Part shown: positions 1-13,441 of the stretch, piece after piece
Numbering within the stretch: the stretch's first letter is position 1
How the letters are laid out: every line of letters begins with the position of its first letter
Origin: Bilabrum cf. latius
Taxonomy: Eukaryota
Direction of reading: 5' to 3'
Assembly (NCBI GenBank): GCA_965178125.1
Contig: OZ237742.1
Coordinates: forward strand, 496,001-560,000
Length of the DNA: 64,000 nt
Translations under genes and position numbers: made by a program
Notes under the pieces: model-generated
Seen by the model: only the letters and a program-made list of their open reading frames with translations
Told to the model about the DNA's origin: nothing
Database searches by the model: none

Positions 1-909
1 GGTGGGGAGGCGGGGGCTGCTGCTGCTGAGGAGGAGGAGGAGGAGGTGGATGATTTTCTCCTCGGGGGCGGGGACGACGACGGTGATGGGGGTGATGGAG
101 AGGAGGGAAAGTAGGGCGACGGATTTTTGCTCGCAGGGGAGGAAGGCGATGAAGAAGAGGGGCAGGGTGGGGAAGAAGATGGGTCGACCGGTGGCGGGTC
201 AGCGCATGGACCAGCAGCCAAGAAAAGGAGAACAGCGGCCTCCACTGTGCCTCTGTTCAAGAAAGAGGAGAGCCTGTTCGAGGAGCTGGGGGACGGCTCT
301 GACATGACCGAGGTGCCGGGCAGCTGGCGCGCTGCTTTCAGGGAAAAGGATCAGGGCAAGGCGCTCCGGAGGATGGCGTTCCAGGCCCAGCAGGGGGACA
401 CTGGCCTCACGGCAGAGTTCAGGGGCCGATACAGCGACACTGCCGCCAACAGGAAGGGCAAGTCGGGCGGGGCGTTGGATCGCGTGAAGAAGTAGCTGGC
501 CCGGGCGTACTTGCGGGAGATGAGGGGCCGAGGGCGGGGTAGAGGGGCTGGGCGCGGGGGCATGGGTGGGCGCGGGGGCATGGGTGGGCGCGGGGGCATG
601 GGTGGCCGCGGGGGCATGGGTGGCCGCGGGGGAGGGCGAGGGAGGGGGCGAGAGGGGGGGCGTGGTGGAGGTTTTGGTGCGGATTATGGGAGGGGGCGCG
701 GAGGTGGAAGTGGTCGAGGCGGCTACGGGGGTCGTGGGAGGGGCGGAGGGTTTGAGCGCGGTAGGGGGGGTGGGGGCCGGGGCGGGTGGGCCGACCGCGG
801 TGGTGGTCGAGGTCGAGGTGCATCGGGAGAAGGGACGGGCCGGGGAGATCACAGCCATGCGCCGAGGACAACCGCAGGTCCGGCAGGGCGCAAGCACATG
901 ACATTTTGA
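1..909 (+). CDS. 3' part of an acidic, RGG/GAR-repeat protein (probably RNA-binding/nucleolar); 5' end outside window
   Basis: Frame +1 is open from base 1 to TGA 907-909 if TAG 112-114 and 493-495 are sense. ORFs 127..495 and 511..909 share the frame. Glu/Asp-rich tract followed by GGMGGRG/RGG repeats. Confidence 0.7.
553..632 (+). repeat. 18-bp coding tandem repeat (ggcatgggtgg(g/c)cgcggg, ~4 copies) encoding GMGGRG
   Basis: Visible directly within the RGG tail. Confidence 0.85.
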
Positions 910-1178
910 TCGCAAATCTTTCAGCTCTGAAGGATTCTAACGCGTGGGGAGGGAAGCCGCACCACTGATCGAACCGCACAGAAGGTTCGTTTCTTTCCAC
1001 CAAACCTTCCGTGCAGAAGAAACAGAACTGAATTGCCTCAAGATAGCTGGTATCGCCGATTTCCTGGGACTAGAGCCAGCACAAGCTTGTACTAGACTTT
1101 AATTTTCTATAGCAGCCACTTTCCGCTGCAGTGACACGTGCGTGGCAGCTACCTGCGGCAGTCGCACGTTGGTGAAAG

Positions 1179-4100
1179 ATGAGTCGTCCAAGACGCACAT
1201 CGAAGCGTTCATCCGCTAAAAACGCTCTGGTAGGTTTGCCAGGCAGTAGAACCACAAAACCAGCTGGCGGTTCAGGGCGCCGACCTCCTTTCCTGGTGAA
1301 GCTCGTGCAGATGCTCGAAACCCCATCCCTATCTGATCTAATAGCATGGACACCGGATGGTCTCGGCATTCTAATCCAGAACCCAGATAAATTCGCGAGT
1401 GATGTGCTACCGCGCTTTTTCCGGCATAGCTCCCAAACATCATTCTTGCGATCGATGAACTTTTACGGGTTTCGCACGATCAAGCAGCTGAAGGGGCAGT
1501 GGCGAGTGTTCGGTAATCCCAGCTTCCGACGAGGCAACACGGAGCAGCTATTCCAGGAAAGACGAAACGTTCGCAACCTCCCCGGATCCTCCGGGATGGC
1601 CGCCACATCGCCGTTTGCAGGCGGCTCGCCGGGCCACCCTCACCCGGTCCCACCATCCGTGGGTGCGGCAGCTGCATACCCTTTCCAGCAGCAGCAGGCC
1701 CCGCAGGCGAACACATCAGCACCTCCTGCGCGTGCATTCCCAGGCGCATCGGCGTGGTCAGTCGGTGCGGGCGCTCCCCAGCCGTCCTATCCGTCGCATG
1801 CACGTGCAGGACCCGCCGGAGAGGACTCGCAAGGCTCAGCCATGACAGGCTCCGGGCAAGGGAGCGCCCCCAGGGCAGGAGCTAGCATGGGCATGCTGGA
1901 CGACTCCCTTGTCGGTTTCCCCGCGGATGGCAGCTCCGGTGCCGCTGCTGGTGCGAGACACCGTGGCGGGTCTGGAGCTCACGATCTTGACCTGGGTGCG
2001 CTGCAGGGCAGTGCAAGCATCGGCAGCCTGGGCATGGGAGGCTTTATTGGTTCCGGGTCCCTGAATGCCAGTGGCAATTCTCTGAGCGGGTTCAATTCGC
2101 AGTGGTCCATGGGCTTCGACTCGAGGCCAGCGGGAGAGGGTGCTGGGGGCGCTGGCGTGGATACCGGGGGAATGCACGATGTTGAAAGGAACAGGAACAG
2201 GGGCGGGCAGGAGGAAGAGGAGGCCGAGGCCGAGGCTGAGGCTGAGGAGAGAGAAGCGGCTGCGAGCGTGCTGACGGGCCTGAGCCATTCGTAGCACGGC
2301 AGACCTGACACTGGGCCCATCGCTGCAGAGGGGTAGGGCAGACTGACGGGGCTGGCGCTGTCAGCGTCACTGTCTCCCGAAGATCCCAAGGGCATCCGCA
2401 GGCGAAGAAGTTCTGGGGCGATTTCTGCGGCGGCGAGTGACTCTGCTTCCCGTGGGATTCCCCGCGCTGGCGTGGTGGGGCTGGTGGGCGGGGCATCGTC
2501 CGACAGTGCGTCGGCGTCGTTCCACCGAGGGGGCGCGGTGGCTGCTGCGGCCGAGGTTGACAGCGAGGTGGTGGGCGGGGGGCTCACTCCTGCGATCTCG
2601 CCCACCACCCCAAGGGGAATGCCCACACCCGTCCCCTCTACCGGCGGGTTGCACGTCGCAGAACTGTATGCTCCTCCCGTCAGAGCTGCGGCAGTCACCG
2701 CATCGCAGGTGCCCATGAGCAACGACGCAGGCCAGTCTGAACGTAATGGTACTGACGATGGTGCGTCGGGGCATCCACGACCAGCAGGCAGGGGTTTACT
2801 GTTTCCAGCGGAAGCAATCGCCGGCCCGGGCCCCGCTTCGATCTGCCAACGGCCTCCGCTGCTGCACCATTCCGCCTCTGGGTTCGAGCCCGCGAACATC
2901 GGCAAGCTCGTTGACACGTTGCAGCAAAAGGAGGACTGGGACAGCCTCGACTAGCTCTAGCAGCTGATGGAGGCCAGATCGATCATGCTGGAAGCGAGGT
3001 TGCGGCAGGCCGAGAGCCACAACCTGCGAGTTAGCAACATTCACGCTGCGCTGCGTTCGGCGGCTCGCACCGCGAACCAGTGCCTGGTAAAGCAAGCAGA
3101 CGAAGCTGACGAACTGCTCGACATCTATGATCGTCTCGAAGGGTTCGGCATGGGCCACAACCGCGGGGAGCTATCGGACCTCATTCAGCAAATGAAGGCG
3201 CACGCGGAGCCGTTGCGGGGGCGGCGCGTGCTGCTGGGCGCACGCGGTGCCAAGGGGTACACCGCGAGCGGCGGGCTCGGTACGATGTCCTTGGCAGAGG
3301 CTGCGCGAGTTGGAGGCCCTCCGCTCCTCACGCTGCACCCTTCGGTGATGAAGCGAATGCAGGCCACGGGTAGCAAGGCAGTTCCCCTGGAGCCCTTGCA
3401 TTCCTTCGCGCTGGTGCCACGTGACCTCGTGGACCAGGTGCGGCAGGGAGCAGCGCTGTAGCAGCAGGCGATGGATGCCGGGATGCACGGCGGGCAGGAA
3501 TAGAATGGAACCGGCAGTTCAGAGGACGAAAACGCGCTTGCTGCAGAGCCTATGCCCGCTGGGATCCATCGCCCGCAAGCACGGAGGAGATCTCTGTCTG
3601 AAGGCGACGACAGCAGGCACGCAGCATCAGCGAGTGTTGGTGCAGCCGGAGCCATAGGGCGATCCACTGGTCTTCTTGGCCCGCGTTTGCCTTCCTCTGG
3701 AGGCAATCTTCGCTCTTCTTCCAGCTCTGTGCCTCGAGAAACGCTGCAGATCGAAATAGGAAATAACCAGACAGCCAAGATTGTCGTAACGCCTGCAGCA
3801 CTGCCCATGGCGGCGCCCGGGAGCGACCAAGCAGGTGATACCACCAGCCCAAGCCAGGGAATGGTACAGGCAGCATTTGATCGGTTCAATCTGCCAGCAG
3901 TGGCACTAGCTGCAGGGCCTGGGTCTTCAGGCCGCGTCCGGGGTGGCACACCCGTGCGTGGACCTACCGAGCTGCAGAGCGCTGGCCTGATGCAATCCAC
4001 CGCGGCCGGTGCAGTGGACCGCAATCAGCGTCCCTCTTCTTCCTCGCCTGGCGGTGGCAGGCTCTCTGCAGGCCGTCCAGGCAGCCGGGGCGGTGTGTCT

Positions 4101-5450
4101 GCCTTCCGTCCGGCGATCGGATCGGGGTTGGTGCGATAGGCCAGGGGCACTGGGTCGTTCGGTTCCGGCCTAGTTGCTGCGGGGAGTCGAGAGGCCGGTG
4201 CCGGGGCTGGGGCTGGAACTGCCAGTCGGTTGGGTGGCAAGATGCCTCGCAGCCGATCCGATCCGGACCTTCCCTCTGCCGCGGCCATTGCCGCGGGCAG
4301 TTCTGCTAGCCGTTTCGATGCCTCTCTCGCTGGGTTCCGATCCAGGGATGGGCTGGATCGTAGCGATGCTGCGCCTGCGAAACGCCGGCGGATCGACAGC
4401 TCTGCCACAGGCATCGGCGACGGTCTCGCGGTGGGAGCGCACATGCTCGGCGACTCGCTGCACGGCGGTGGTCTCACCGGGCATTCGTGGTTCAACGAGC
4501 ATCCAAGTGCATCGCGGGATGGTAATCGCGCAGGCACAGGCACGCAGGCAGATACCAGCGGTTTTGGTGGATCGCTTGGTGCGCTTGGCGGTGGTCTCGA
4601 CATGTCCATCCAGATGAAAGACGGTTCTGCGCTGGCAGAAATTGTGCTTCGGAGCAATGGTGCGAGCAGTCGCAGCCATGTCCAGGCCGATCCAATGGAC
4701 AGCAGGCCCGGACACCATGCACACGGCATGCAAGAATCCCAGGGTGTTCCCACCCCAGACCAGCACGCACAGCCGCAGCAGCGCTCCTTGCGACTTGGCC
4801 TGCCTGCCTACCACCACCAGGACCGGGCAGGGTCGCATGCCCTCGGGGCTGCTGGCAAGCAGCAGGCATCGCAGCAGGGCAGGAATGCATTGGGTGGTCC
4901 GGAAGACTCGCGGTCTCTCGGTCTGCGGGATGGGCTGGTGAGCAGCCCGAGTGCAGAGATGCCCGAGTCCAGCAACGTCGGGCCGGAGCAAGGGCGTGGG
5001 CAGGGACAGAGCTCGAGCAGCAGCAATTGGCACGGTGTATCCAGTAGACAAGGCTCGTCTTCCTAGGGCCATGGTGGTGGTAGTGGTGGTGGTGCGGGAA
5101 CTCCAGTGACTCGCCCTGTGCCCTCGCGGACGTCTGGTGGCAAGCTGCGGCCCTCGCACCACGCTACCAGTGGCAGTGGCAGTGGCAGTGGCAGTGGCAG
5201 TGGCAGTGGCAGTGGCCGTGGCCCGGGCGCGCGTGGAGCATCTGTCGGTGGGGCAGAGCCAGAGCCTAGCCCCTGGATGTTCGCCAGGCACAACGCATCG
5301 AAGAAACGGTCAGATGAGCGGGTGGCGGCGAAGGCAGCCGGCGTGGCTGCGTCAGGTGCGCCTGGCGGCCATGGCACCAGCCGCTGGGCAGAGGAGGGCG
5401 ACCATAGGCATGGGGACGAGGACGACTACGAAGATGAGGATGACGGGGAC

Positions 5451-5482
<32 letters not shown>

Positions 5483-5732
5483 GGAAGAAAACGAACAAGA
5501 TGAGGACGATGAAGACGAGGACGACGATGAAGATGACGACGATGAAGATGAAGATGAGGATGAAGACGGTGTCGAAGACGACGGGGCGATCAGCGGGGAG
5601 GGCACGTTAGGAAGCCTGCAGGACGACGCCACAATGAAACCGAAGCGTAGGAGTCAGAAGAAGAGACCAGCACAAGATCCAGCTGCAAATTTGTAGCAGG
5701 AACTCGACGGAATCTTGGCTTTGGAGTCTTGA
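1179..5732 (+). CDS. HSF-type DNA-binding-domain transcription factor, ~1517 aa when TAG is read as Gln
   Basis: N-terminal HSF DBD motif PFLVKLVQML..LIAWTPDG..F...VLPRFFRHS..SFLRSMNFYGF. ORFs at 1179, 2472, 2967, 3552, 4230 and 5106 are all in one frame, separated only by TAG; the first TGA is 5730-5732. Confidence 0.85.
5168..5216 (+). repeat. (GGCAGT)n coding microsatellite (Gly-Ser run) in the HSF gene; an Asp/Glu triplet tract follows at ~5413-5582
   Basis: Visible directly. Confidence 0.85.
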
Positions 5733-5935
5733 TATTGGCCAAAGCTGGGCTGGATTACTAGTTCCGCTTTGGCGCCGTGACATGCGCGGCGCCAAACTGG
5801 TTGAGGTGTCGAGCAACATCCGACCAGGGCGAGCACTCTGCCCGGGCACACCCATCATTTTCCTGTTTGTTCAATTAATACCAGCACATAACAGTTTCCT
5901 CAATTGAAAGTAAAAGTGTTTGTGAACCCGTGAGA

Positions 5936-8563
5936 ATGGCGGCAACTAGAAGAAAATTCGTCATAAAGCGGCACACACCGACGAAAGTTTTTACGGTCGA
6001 AAAGGCTCGTGAAACGTGGCAGAAGCTGAAGTCAGCGATCGAGTAGATACAGGGGTAGAATGCTAGCAAGCTTAGTTTCGAGGAGCTCTACAGGTGAGGC
6101 ATGTGCATGCATCGGATGGTTGAAGCGTGCTCGTTCTCGCCAGCCTTGACTATTCGACCGCTTGCCTGGTCTGAAACCATCAACGGCCTTGCAGGTATTC
6201 ATACAATCTTGTTCTTTACAAGCATGGCCACATGCTGTACGATGGGGTGACCATGACGGTACGAAGCTTCCTGCAACAAGTAGCCGAATCCGTGGCGACC
6301 GCTAGCGATAACATGCTGCTGGAGACATTGCAAGATAAGTGGTAGATGCATCAGCTGACAATGAAGATGATTCGTGATATTCTGATGTACATGGTGAGCG
6401 AATGCTGCGTGTGGTCAGCGACCTAATGTGGTTCCGAGCCTCACCTCTGCGTGCTTCATCCCTCTCCATGGCCGGCACTTGCAGGACCGGACATATGTGC
6501 AACAATCCAAATGCCTTTCTGTGTATGAGATGGGGCTACGGGAGTTTCGAAACGTCGTCCTGAGACACGTTCGTGTCGGGGCCCGCGCACGGAACCTGGC
6601 GCTGCAGCAGATCAGGGAGCAGCGGCTCGGCGAGCAGGTTGACACGTCGCTGCTCCGGGGACACTTGCGAATGCTCGTGGAACTCGGGATCGGTAGCCTC
6701 GGGGTCTACGAGAGCGAGTTTGAATCGCAGTTCCTGCGGGACACCCGGGCGTTCTACCGGGAGGAGGCGCAGGACCTCCTCACGGCGAGCACGTGCCCTG
6801 GCTACCTCGCCAGAGCCGAGCAAAGAGTCGTGGAGGAGCGGGAGCGCGTGGGCGAGTACCTGGACATATCCACCGGGACGAAGCTCCGCACCGTGGTGGA
6901 GCAGGAACTGGTAGAGACCCACGCTGCCAGCCTGCTTGAGATGGACACCGGTATCATCCGCATGTTGGACGAGCACCAGATGGAGTACCTGCACCGCCTA
7001 TTCTAGCTGTTTAGCATGGTGAAGAGAACTTAGAAATGGGAGCAGCGCGCGCCAGTCGCAGGCGATGCCAAGGCCTCTGCGGCTGGATCGGTGTCACCGG
7101 CTGCAGCTGCTGCGGCTGGTGGTGCTGCGAGCGGTGCAGGTGCCTCCACTGGTGCTTCTGCGTCAGCTCCGGGCGTGACTCGGGTGCTCACCCCGATAGG
7201 TATCGTCCGAGCCATGATGCAGCAGCACTTGGAGGCGGTGGGCACTCAGCTCCTGGCCGACTCGACCGCCACCAAGGATCCGGTCGCCTTCGTGCGCAAG
7301 CTGCTCGAGCTCAGAGACCACTACGAAAAGGTAGTAAGAGAGGCTTTCCGAGGGAACAGGGAGATGGTCCGCGCCATGAAGGAGAGCTTCGAGAAGTTCC
7401 TCAATGTTGACCACAGGTGCGCCCAGTTCCTGTCGCTGTACGTGGATTCCGAGCTACGGACTGGCTTCAGGGGCCGCACGACGGACGATATCGACCACGA
7501 TCTCAACTGCGTGATCCTCCTGTTTCGGTATCTCCGCGACAAGGACGTCTTCGAGACGTTCTACAAGCAGCACCTGCAGAGGCGTCTGCTGGGTGGCCGG
7601 TCAGCCTCGGACGAGGCGGAGCGCATGATGATTGCTAAGCTCAAGAGCGAGTGCGGGTACCAGTTCACCAGCAACATCGAGGGCATGTTCACGGACCTCA
7701 CCAACAGCCGGGCACTCATGGCCGCGTATACGAAAGCGCTCCGCGAGCGGAGGCGCAAGCTGACCGCGGAGGCGAGCGAACCCAGCGGCGTGGTCCTGAC
7801 GGATGCCATCAACGGCGTCGAGCTTCACGCGACTGTGCTCACGACCGTGCACTGGCCCAACAGCCACGAGCCACCGTGCACCTTGCCCAAGGAAGTGCAG
7901 CCCACCGCGCACCATTTCAAGGACTGGTACCTGCAGTCGCACTCTGGCAGGCTGTTGCGGTGGCACACGGCGCAGGGAACCGCAGAGATCGGGCTCAAGT
8001 ACGCCAACCGGCGGTACGAGATCGTCGCGTCAACGTACCAGATGGCCATGCTATGCCAGTACAACGGAATTGAGACGCCGTCCCTCACCTACAGGCAGAT
8101 CGCGGACGCGACAACCGTCCCCGAGGCGGAGTGCAAGCGCCATCTGCTCTCGCTGACCACCCCGCTTGCGAGGATTCTGATCAAGGAGCGCAAGGGCAAG
8201 GACATCAAGGACGATGACGTGTTTAGGCTGAACCTCGCATTCAAGAGCCCGAAGCTGAGGAACAGAATCAAGCTGATCACGATGAAGAGCGCCACAGGGG
8301 GCACCTCTGCGGCTGCCAGCACCGAGCTGCCCGCACATGTTCTCGCCCAGCGCAACAACATGATCGACGCTGCCGTGGTGCGGATCATGAAGAGCCGAAA
8401 GTCTTTGCAGCACATGGCGCTCATTGCCGAAACTACGAGATAGCTCAGCCAGCGGTTCCAGCCTGACCCTCAGCTGGTGAGGAAGAGGATCGAGAACCTG
8501 ATCGACAGGGACTACCTGGAGCGAGACAATGACGACAGGAGGGTCTACCACTACATCGCGTGA
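5936..8563 (+). CDS. CUL3: Cullin-3; exons 5936-6093, 6195-6393, 6485-8563
   Basis: NASKLSFEELYR|YSYNLVLYKHG, MIRDILMYM|DRTYV, DKDVFETFYKQHLQRRLL, KLKSECGYQFTSNIEGMF, neddylation-site region IDAAVVRIMKSRK and RIENLIDRDYLER. GT-AG introns restore the frame. Internal TAGs (e.g. 7004-7006, 8441-8443); ends TGA. Confidence 0.93.
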
Positions 8564-8963
8564 GGGGATGCAGCGCGATGAAGGACAAGCTCTAATGGAT
8601 GGTGGGTTTGCTTGCGCCGGTGGCTGCGCGGTGGGCACTTGTTTGTTTCAGCGCGCCTTGGCGTGCTCTGGTGTATGGCTGCTGCTCTCGAAGCGCGGCC
8701 TCCCGAGGCACCCCTCTCTTTGTGCGGGCAGACATGTCCACGGCATCAAGGTCTTCACTTGTCTATTTTATGTCCTATGCAACAACGAAGACCGAATTTC
8801 GGCTTCTCGCTGCGAGTTGAGGTCGATGAACTCGGTCGCTCAACGCGCCGTGGCTGACAGTGGCCAAGCGGAAAAGTTCGCACATCCAATGTGGATACTA
8901 CACAGGCATGGTCGGGCCCAATCAGATGCATCAATTCGAAATGAGCCACTCCAGGCGCGCACC

Positions 8964-11079
8964 TCACTCCTTGCCCTTGCCGCCCACGTAGTGCTCCCTG
9001 AGCATCCCCTCGTATTTCTCTACGATGTCTCTGCTCTTGGAGTCACCGGCCAAGTTGACCAGGTCCCACGCGTCAAAATCCACGCCAGTTGCCTGGTCGT
9101 CCCTGTGGTCGTAGAGCTCGCGGGCATACGGCTCCGCGTTCCAGTCGACGGTCTGCGTTGTGCCATTCCATGCCCTCCATGAGACGTACCTGTACGACAT
9201 GTCTCTGATCGCGTAGCCCATGTAAGAGAGCTTGCTATCCTTGACCCTATTGCAGCTATCGTCGCCCGTGGCAATGTCGCCGCAGCGTGGGTAGATCGAC
9301 AGGGCGTACTCGTTGGGACCCTTCTCGTTCTCAGGGTCACGCAGCATGGACGCGAGCGACTTGCCATTGCCGACGGTCCCTGCGGGTGTGGGCAGCCCCA
9401 TGACGTCAGCCAGGGTGGGATACATGTCCACCAGCTCGGCAATCCCGCCAGCTCGCTTGCCTCGGTAGCCCGCAGGAGTGGTGTCGGGCGCCCTGATGAT
9501 GAGCGGCACTCGGGTGTGCCCCTCCATGTTGCCTTTTTTCTCCCACTGGCCATTTTCCTAAAGGAAGTAGCCGTGGTCAGCACTGCGAACTCGGTGCAGG
9601 AAGTGTGAGATGGGAAGGGGGCTTGGCCTGCTCTAATTGCAAGCGGTCGCACAAACGAAGCGGGAGCTGCGGCAAGGAACGGCTCAGGCCCAAACACGCG
9701 CAGCTGCGCTCAGAACCAATCTAGAAGCAACCACTGCACTGGCTATCACACTCACTGAAACACCGTCACTGTGTCGTCCCACACGCCCAGCTCCTTGGCC
9801 GTGTCCATGATGGTGCCAAAAAGGTAGTCGGCCATGGACACGCACGCGTAGTAGGCTCTCCGGTTGAGTGCCTCGATGTCCGAGGGGACGGGCGAGGTTC
9901 TGTTCCAAGCAAACGACTTGCCGTCAGCGTCCTTCACGGCGAAATTGTGGATCCAGGCGACGTCTGGGGCCGTCGGGGGAAAGGTCGGGTGCTTGGCGCC
10001 AGCAACGGAGGAAGGGTCGTACATGCCGTAGAACTCGGGGAGGCAGGCCCAGGGCGCGTGGGGCGAGCGCAGCCCTGCCATGATGAAAAAAGGCTCCGGG
10101 TCGCTCCCCTGCAGCTCTTGTTCCCTCTGCTTGGACACGGCAAACTTGAGGTATTCGATCGTCGCGTTCGCGACACCGATGTCGTAAATCAGGGACTGGT
10201 CCGAGGTGGAGCACCAGCCGCCGCCCTCCCCGGCATGAGAGGACCGGGGGCACCTATTTCCTCCCTGGGGGTAGTATGGCTTCTGCTGGCTCCAGCTGTA
10301 GGGCTCATCGTTGTTCGGGGGCTCCCCCGGGCTGCGCGAAGTGAGCAACTGGCGCTGAGCGGCCGCCGGTGGTTAGGTGCAAGGGTGCGCACGAGGAGCT
10401 CAGGCGTGTTACACTGTGGATTAGTGCCTCACTGGTACGTTTTGCCTAGACCGAGGGTGAGGAAGCCGTTCTCCTTGAAGTACTGCGGCATGCTGACGGT
10501 AGTGTTGCCCCCGGGTGCGTCCCGGAAATTCACCAGGAAGTCATAGACAGATATGTTTGTCGGTCGTCGACCGGACATGAAGCTATTTCTGCGGTATTGG
10601 TTCTATCTGGCGGGTGTTGGGGGAATCACAAGGCGGCCATGAGAATAGTGCATAGGCCCCAGTCGCGATGGCTCACCTGCTTGGGCTGCACACAGCAAAC
10701 TACGAATAGGCACGGTCAAATACAACTCCATCCTATGCTAGGCTATCCAAGTGCGGCGTCTGCATGAACTTGTTGCCGTACACGCCGAGCTGGGGCCTCA
10801 TATCGTCGGCCAGGAGATCTGCGCTGCTTGACACTACTAAGGGAGCATGCACGCGATCGCATAAGGAACAAATGAAATCACCATGCACTCATTGATCACA
10901 AATGGAACTTACAAAGCACCTGCGAAAGTATCGTAGCGAAGGACGCAAGAGACCTGTTTCATGTCAAATAACAGGCTTTCTATGGCAGCGACAGAGTCGC
11001 CCAAATCGCTCACGTTCTTTGCCGCATCTCCAACTTGAAAATATGCGAACGCTCCAGCAGCAAAAATGAAACTGCGCAT
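8964..11079 (-). CDS. Secreted iduronate-2-sulfatase-like (formylglycine) sulfatase, ~5 introns
   Basis: Signal-peptide-like MRSFIFAAGAFAYF; KN|VLY|LLADDMRPQLG; AYS(TAG)FAVCSPSR|NSFMSGRRP (CxPSR motif); GKTYHPG; PHAPW; ADHG; TRVPLII; ELYDH; ends TGA 8964-8966. Introns about 10920-11013, 10819-10912, 10590-10676, 10333-10432, 9583-9755. Confidence 0.88.
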
Positions 11080-11256
11080 AGTTTGGTTCAGTCAATAGTA
11101 TACCGTCTCACGAGTGCAGCGGGAAATCAGAATCGGAATGTACGCGTTACTTCAAGATGCAGCCATCGCCTCTCGTGGTCTTCTGTGGCAAAGGCTCGTC
11201 TCTCCGTTGCCGCCTAGCACCAGCACGTGCGCGGGGAACAGCGTGTGTACCACACT

Positions 11257-11577
11257 ATGTACTCACGGGTCATGCAGGACCACTCAAGGATCCTCGATTT
11301 TGTCTCGAAGGGATCGAGGAGGGCTGCAGCGAAGGCCAAACGGGCGCTCGCAAGGGCGGTCCGGGAGGACTTTGCCAGCCTGGCTGTAGGGGCAGCCGAA
11401 AACAACAACCTCGCCGTGGCGATCGCCAACGTCAAGGCAGGGTTGGCTCAGAACGGGCAGCAGGACGGGGTGCCGGCAGCGGGCGCCGGAGGGAACGTGA
11501 ACGCTGACGCTCCCCAGGGGGAAATGGGTCCCCAGGGTGGAGCTTAGGTGGTTTAGGCCATTGCAGCTGAAGCGTGA
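11257..11577 (+). CDS. Possible short hypothetical protein (~106 aa)
   Basis: GC3-rich Ala/Gly-rich frame, ATG 11257 to TGA 11575-11577 with two internal TAGs. No recognisable motif; start uncertain. Confidence 0.3.
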
Positions 11578-12248
11578 AGTCTGGTAGGTCCCGGGCCCTC
11601 GTTCCAGATGTTTCTTCGTGATAGCGTGCGCTTTTGAGTTGAGTCCACAAAATATCAGATCCCCCCCATTGGGAGGCGAGGACTCCGAGGAGGCCAAGTT
11701 AAAAAAGTTAACGCCCCACGCGATAATTAGCAACGGCGTGGATCCACCGCTAGGCTGTGGTGGCCCTACTGCCGGCCGTGTGGAGGGACTCGGTGCGGCA
11801 CTACTGCACCACTGCCAGTTCAACCACCCGATGGTGCCTCAACACGCTATACGCCTTTTCCCACGACGCACACAAGTCAAGCTTAGCAATGGTCAGGCGG
11901 CGGTGGCCAGGCAGGCAGGGACCCATAGGTTGAAGAGAGAGCGCTACCTTGCTCCAACTGGCAGTGGCACCCCACCCCACCCCAGTGCTGGACATCTCAT
12001 GCCGGGGTGCCACTGGCAGTGGGTGGGGGGGCCAGAGAGCTCACCCCGAATATGCCCGCCTCAGGTATGCCCGGTGAGCTTGCGCTGCTCAAACCAGCCA
12101 GTTCATTGACGGCCTCCACGTCCAACTGGCAACACAACAACGATCGTGACAACGGCTTGCCGGTCTCGTGAACCATTCGGAATCACAAATGTTCTTCGAG
12201 AACAACTGAGACCACAGTTTCGGCGGTGAAGCTGGAGACATCTTGACA

Positions 12249-12890
12249 ATGGCACAAGTTTGGGATGAAATCGAGATTGAAGATATGGATTTTAAGGAGA
12301 AGGAGGCCAAATTTTACTACCAGTGCCCCTGTGGAGACCTTTTCTAGATCACTTTGGTGAGATGCCGCCATCAGACCACTTCCCTGTCCACGTTGCCGGA
12401 CATTTCACAGCGTGTGCACCAGCGATGCCTTCAAATCTGTTCTAATTATATTGCAGGACGAACTTATGGACGGAGAGGATATTGCATCTTGTCCGAGCTG
12501 CTCGCTGAAGATTCGCGTGGTTTTTGATGATGTAAGGAAGCTCGTTTGCCGCCTCAACACTGTCCAAGCCAACGCGACACGGTTTTTGTGATATAGACTA
12601 TTTTGATTTACGGCTCGCAGGATGACCTGGAGGACTTTGCGGCAATGGCAGAGGAGGCGCAAATCGAATCTGAGGATGCAGCAGGTGCTGCCGCGGCCGC
12701 GGCAGAGAGCAGTTCTGGGTCTGTCGAGCCGCAGGCGACTACCCGAAGCGCAACTGCTGATCGACTAGCAGCAACGGGAGAAAAGAAATCCGCTGCAGCA
12801 GGAGCTGCGCCGGCGGCCGATTGCAGCTAGCAGGCAGCAATGGCGAAAGCACCCGCCGCAAGTGCAGACGCTCCTGCAAAAGCATCTTAA
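12249..12890 (+). CDS. DPH3: Diphthamide biosynthesis protein 3 (CSL zinc finger) with Ala-rich C-terminal extension; exons 12249-12356, 12457-12531, 12621-12890
   Basis: WDEIEIEDM..FYYQCPCGDLF(TAG)ITL|DELMDGEDIASCPSCSLKIRVVFD matches the DPH3/KTI11 pattern; ends TAA 12888-12890. Absent from the ORF track. Confidence 0.9.
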
Positions 12891-13441
12891 ATCCCGCTAT
12901 GCGCAAGATAGTAGGTGTGTTTATACATGCGCGCCTCCGTGAATATTCGCGGGGGTACCCTCCGAGCAAAAGCAAAGCATGGCGCCAGACAAGCTCGCGC
13001 TGGGGCAGCGCTAGCAGCATCGCCAAAAGGAGTATGACGGCGAAGCGGAAGGCAATAAATCGGCAAAAGAGTGCTATGGCAAAACCGTGTGCACCTTAAT
13101 TTGCTGGCTTCAAGCTGCTGGACCTGTAGATCAGGTTGTGCTGGTCCCCAACTTGAGTGCGTCGCGGTTGCGGCACCATGTGCTGAATGAGCGCGACCCG
13201 AGGAGTCCATGTGACGTGGGAGCCAACATGACAATATGGCCAGGTTTGCATTGGTTGCTCTCGTACAGTATGTACATGAGCAGAGCCGCTGCAGCGCTGA
13301 CCAGCCTGGATGCACTATGATTAGGCCACCAGACGAGGACAGGGCCATGAGCAGGTCAGCACGGAAGAACTTGTGTCTGAATAACAAAGCGTAATGGTAA
13401 ACTAGCAGAGACTATCGTAATCAAGTGTTCACGCGCAGACG

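Noticed and set aside
9558-9560. TAG in sulfatase DHGYFL*ENG, where homologues often have Gly
   Set aside because: A single discordant site against several conserved-Gln sites; treated as an ordinary substitution but kept as a caveat on the amino-acid identity.
11600-12200. Short ORFs on both strands between the sulfatase and DPH3
   Set aside because: No recognisable motif or convincing codon bias; left unannotated.
12890-13440. ORFs 12887..13387(-) and 12821..13099(+)
   Set aside because: No motif; the interval lies between two convergent stops and is probably UTR/intergenic.
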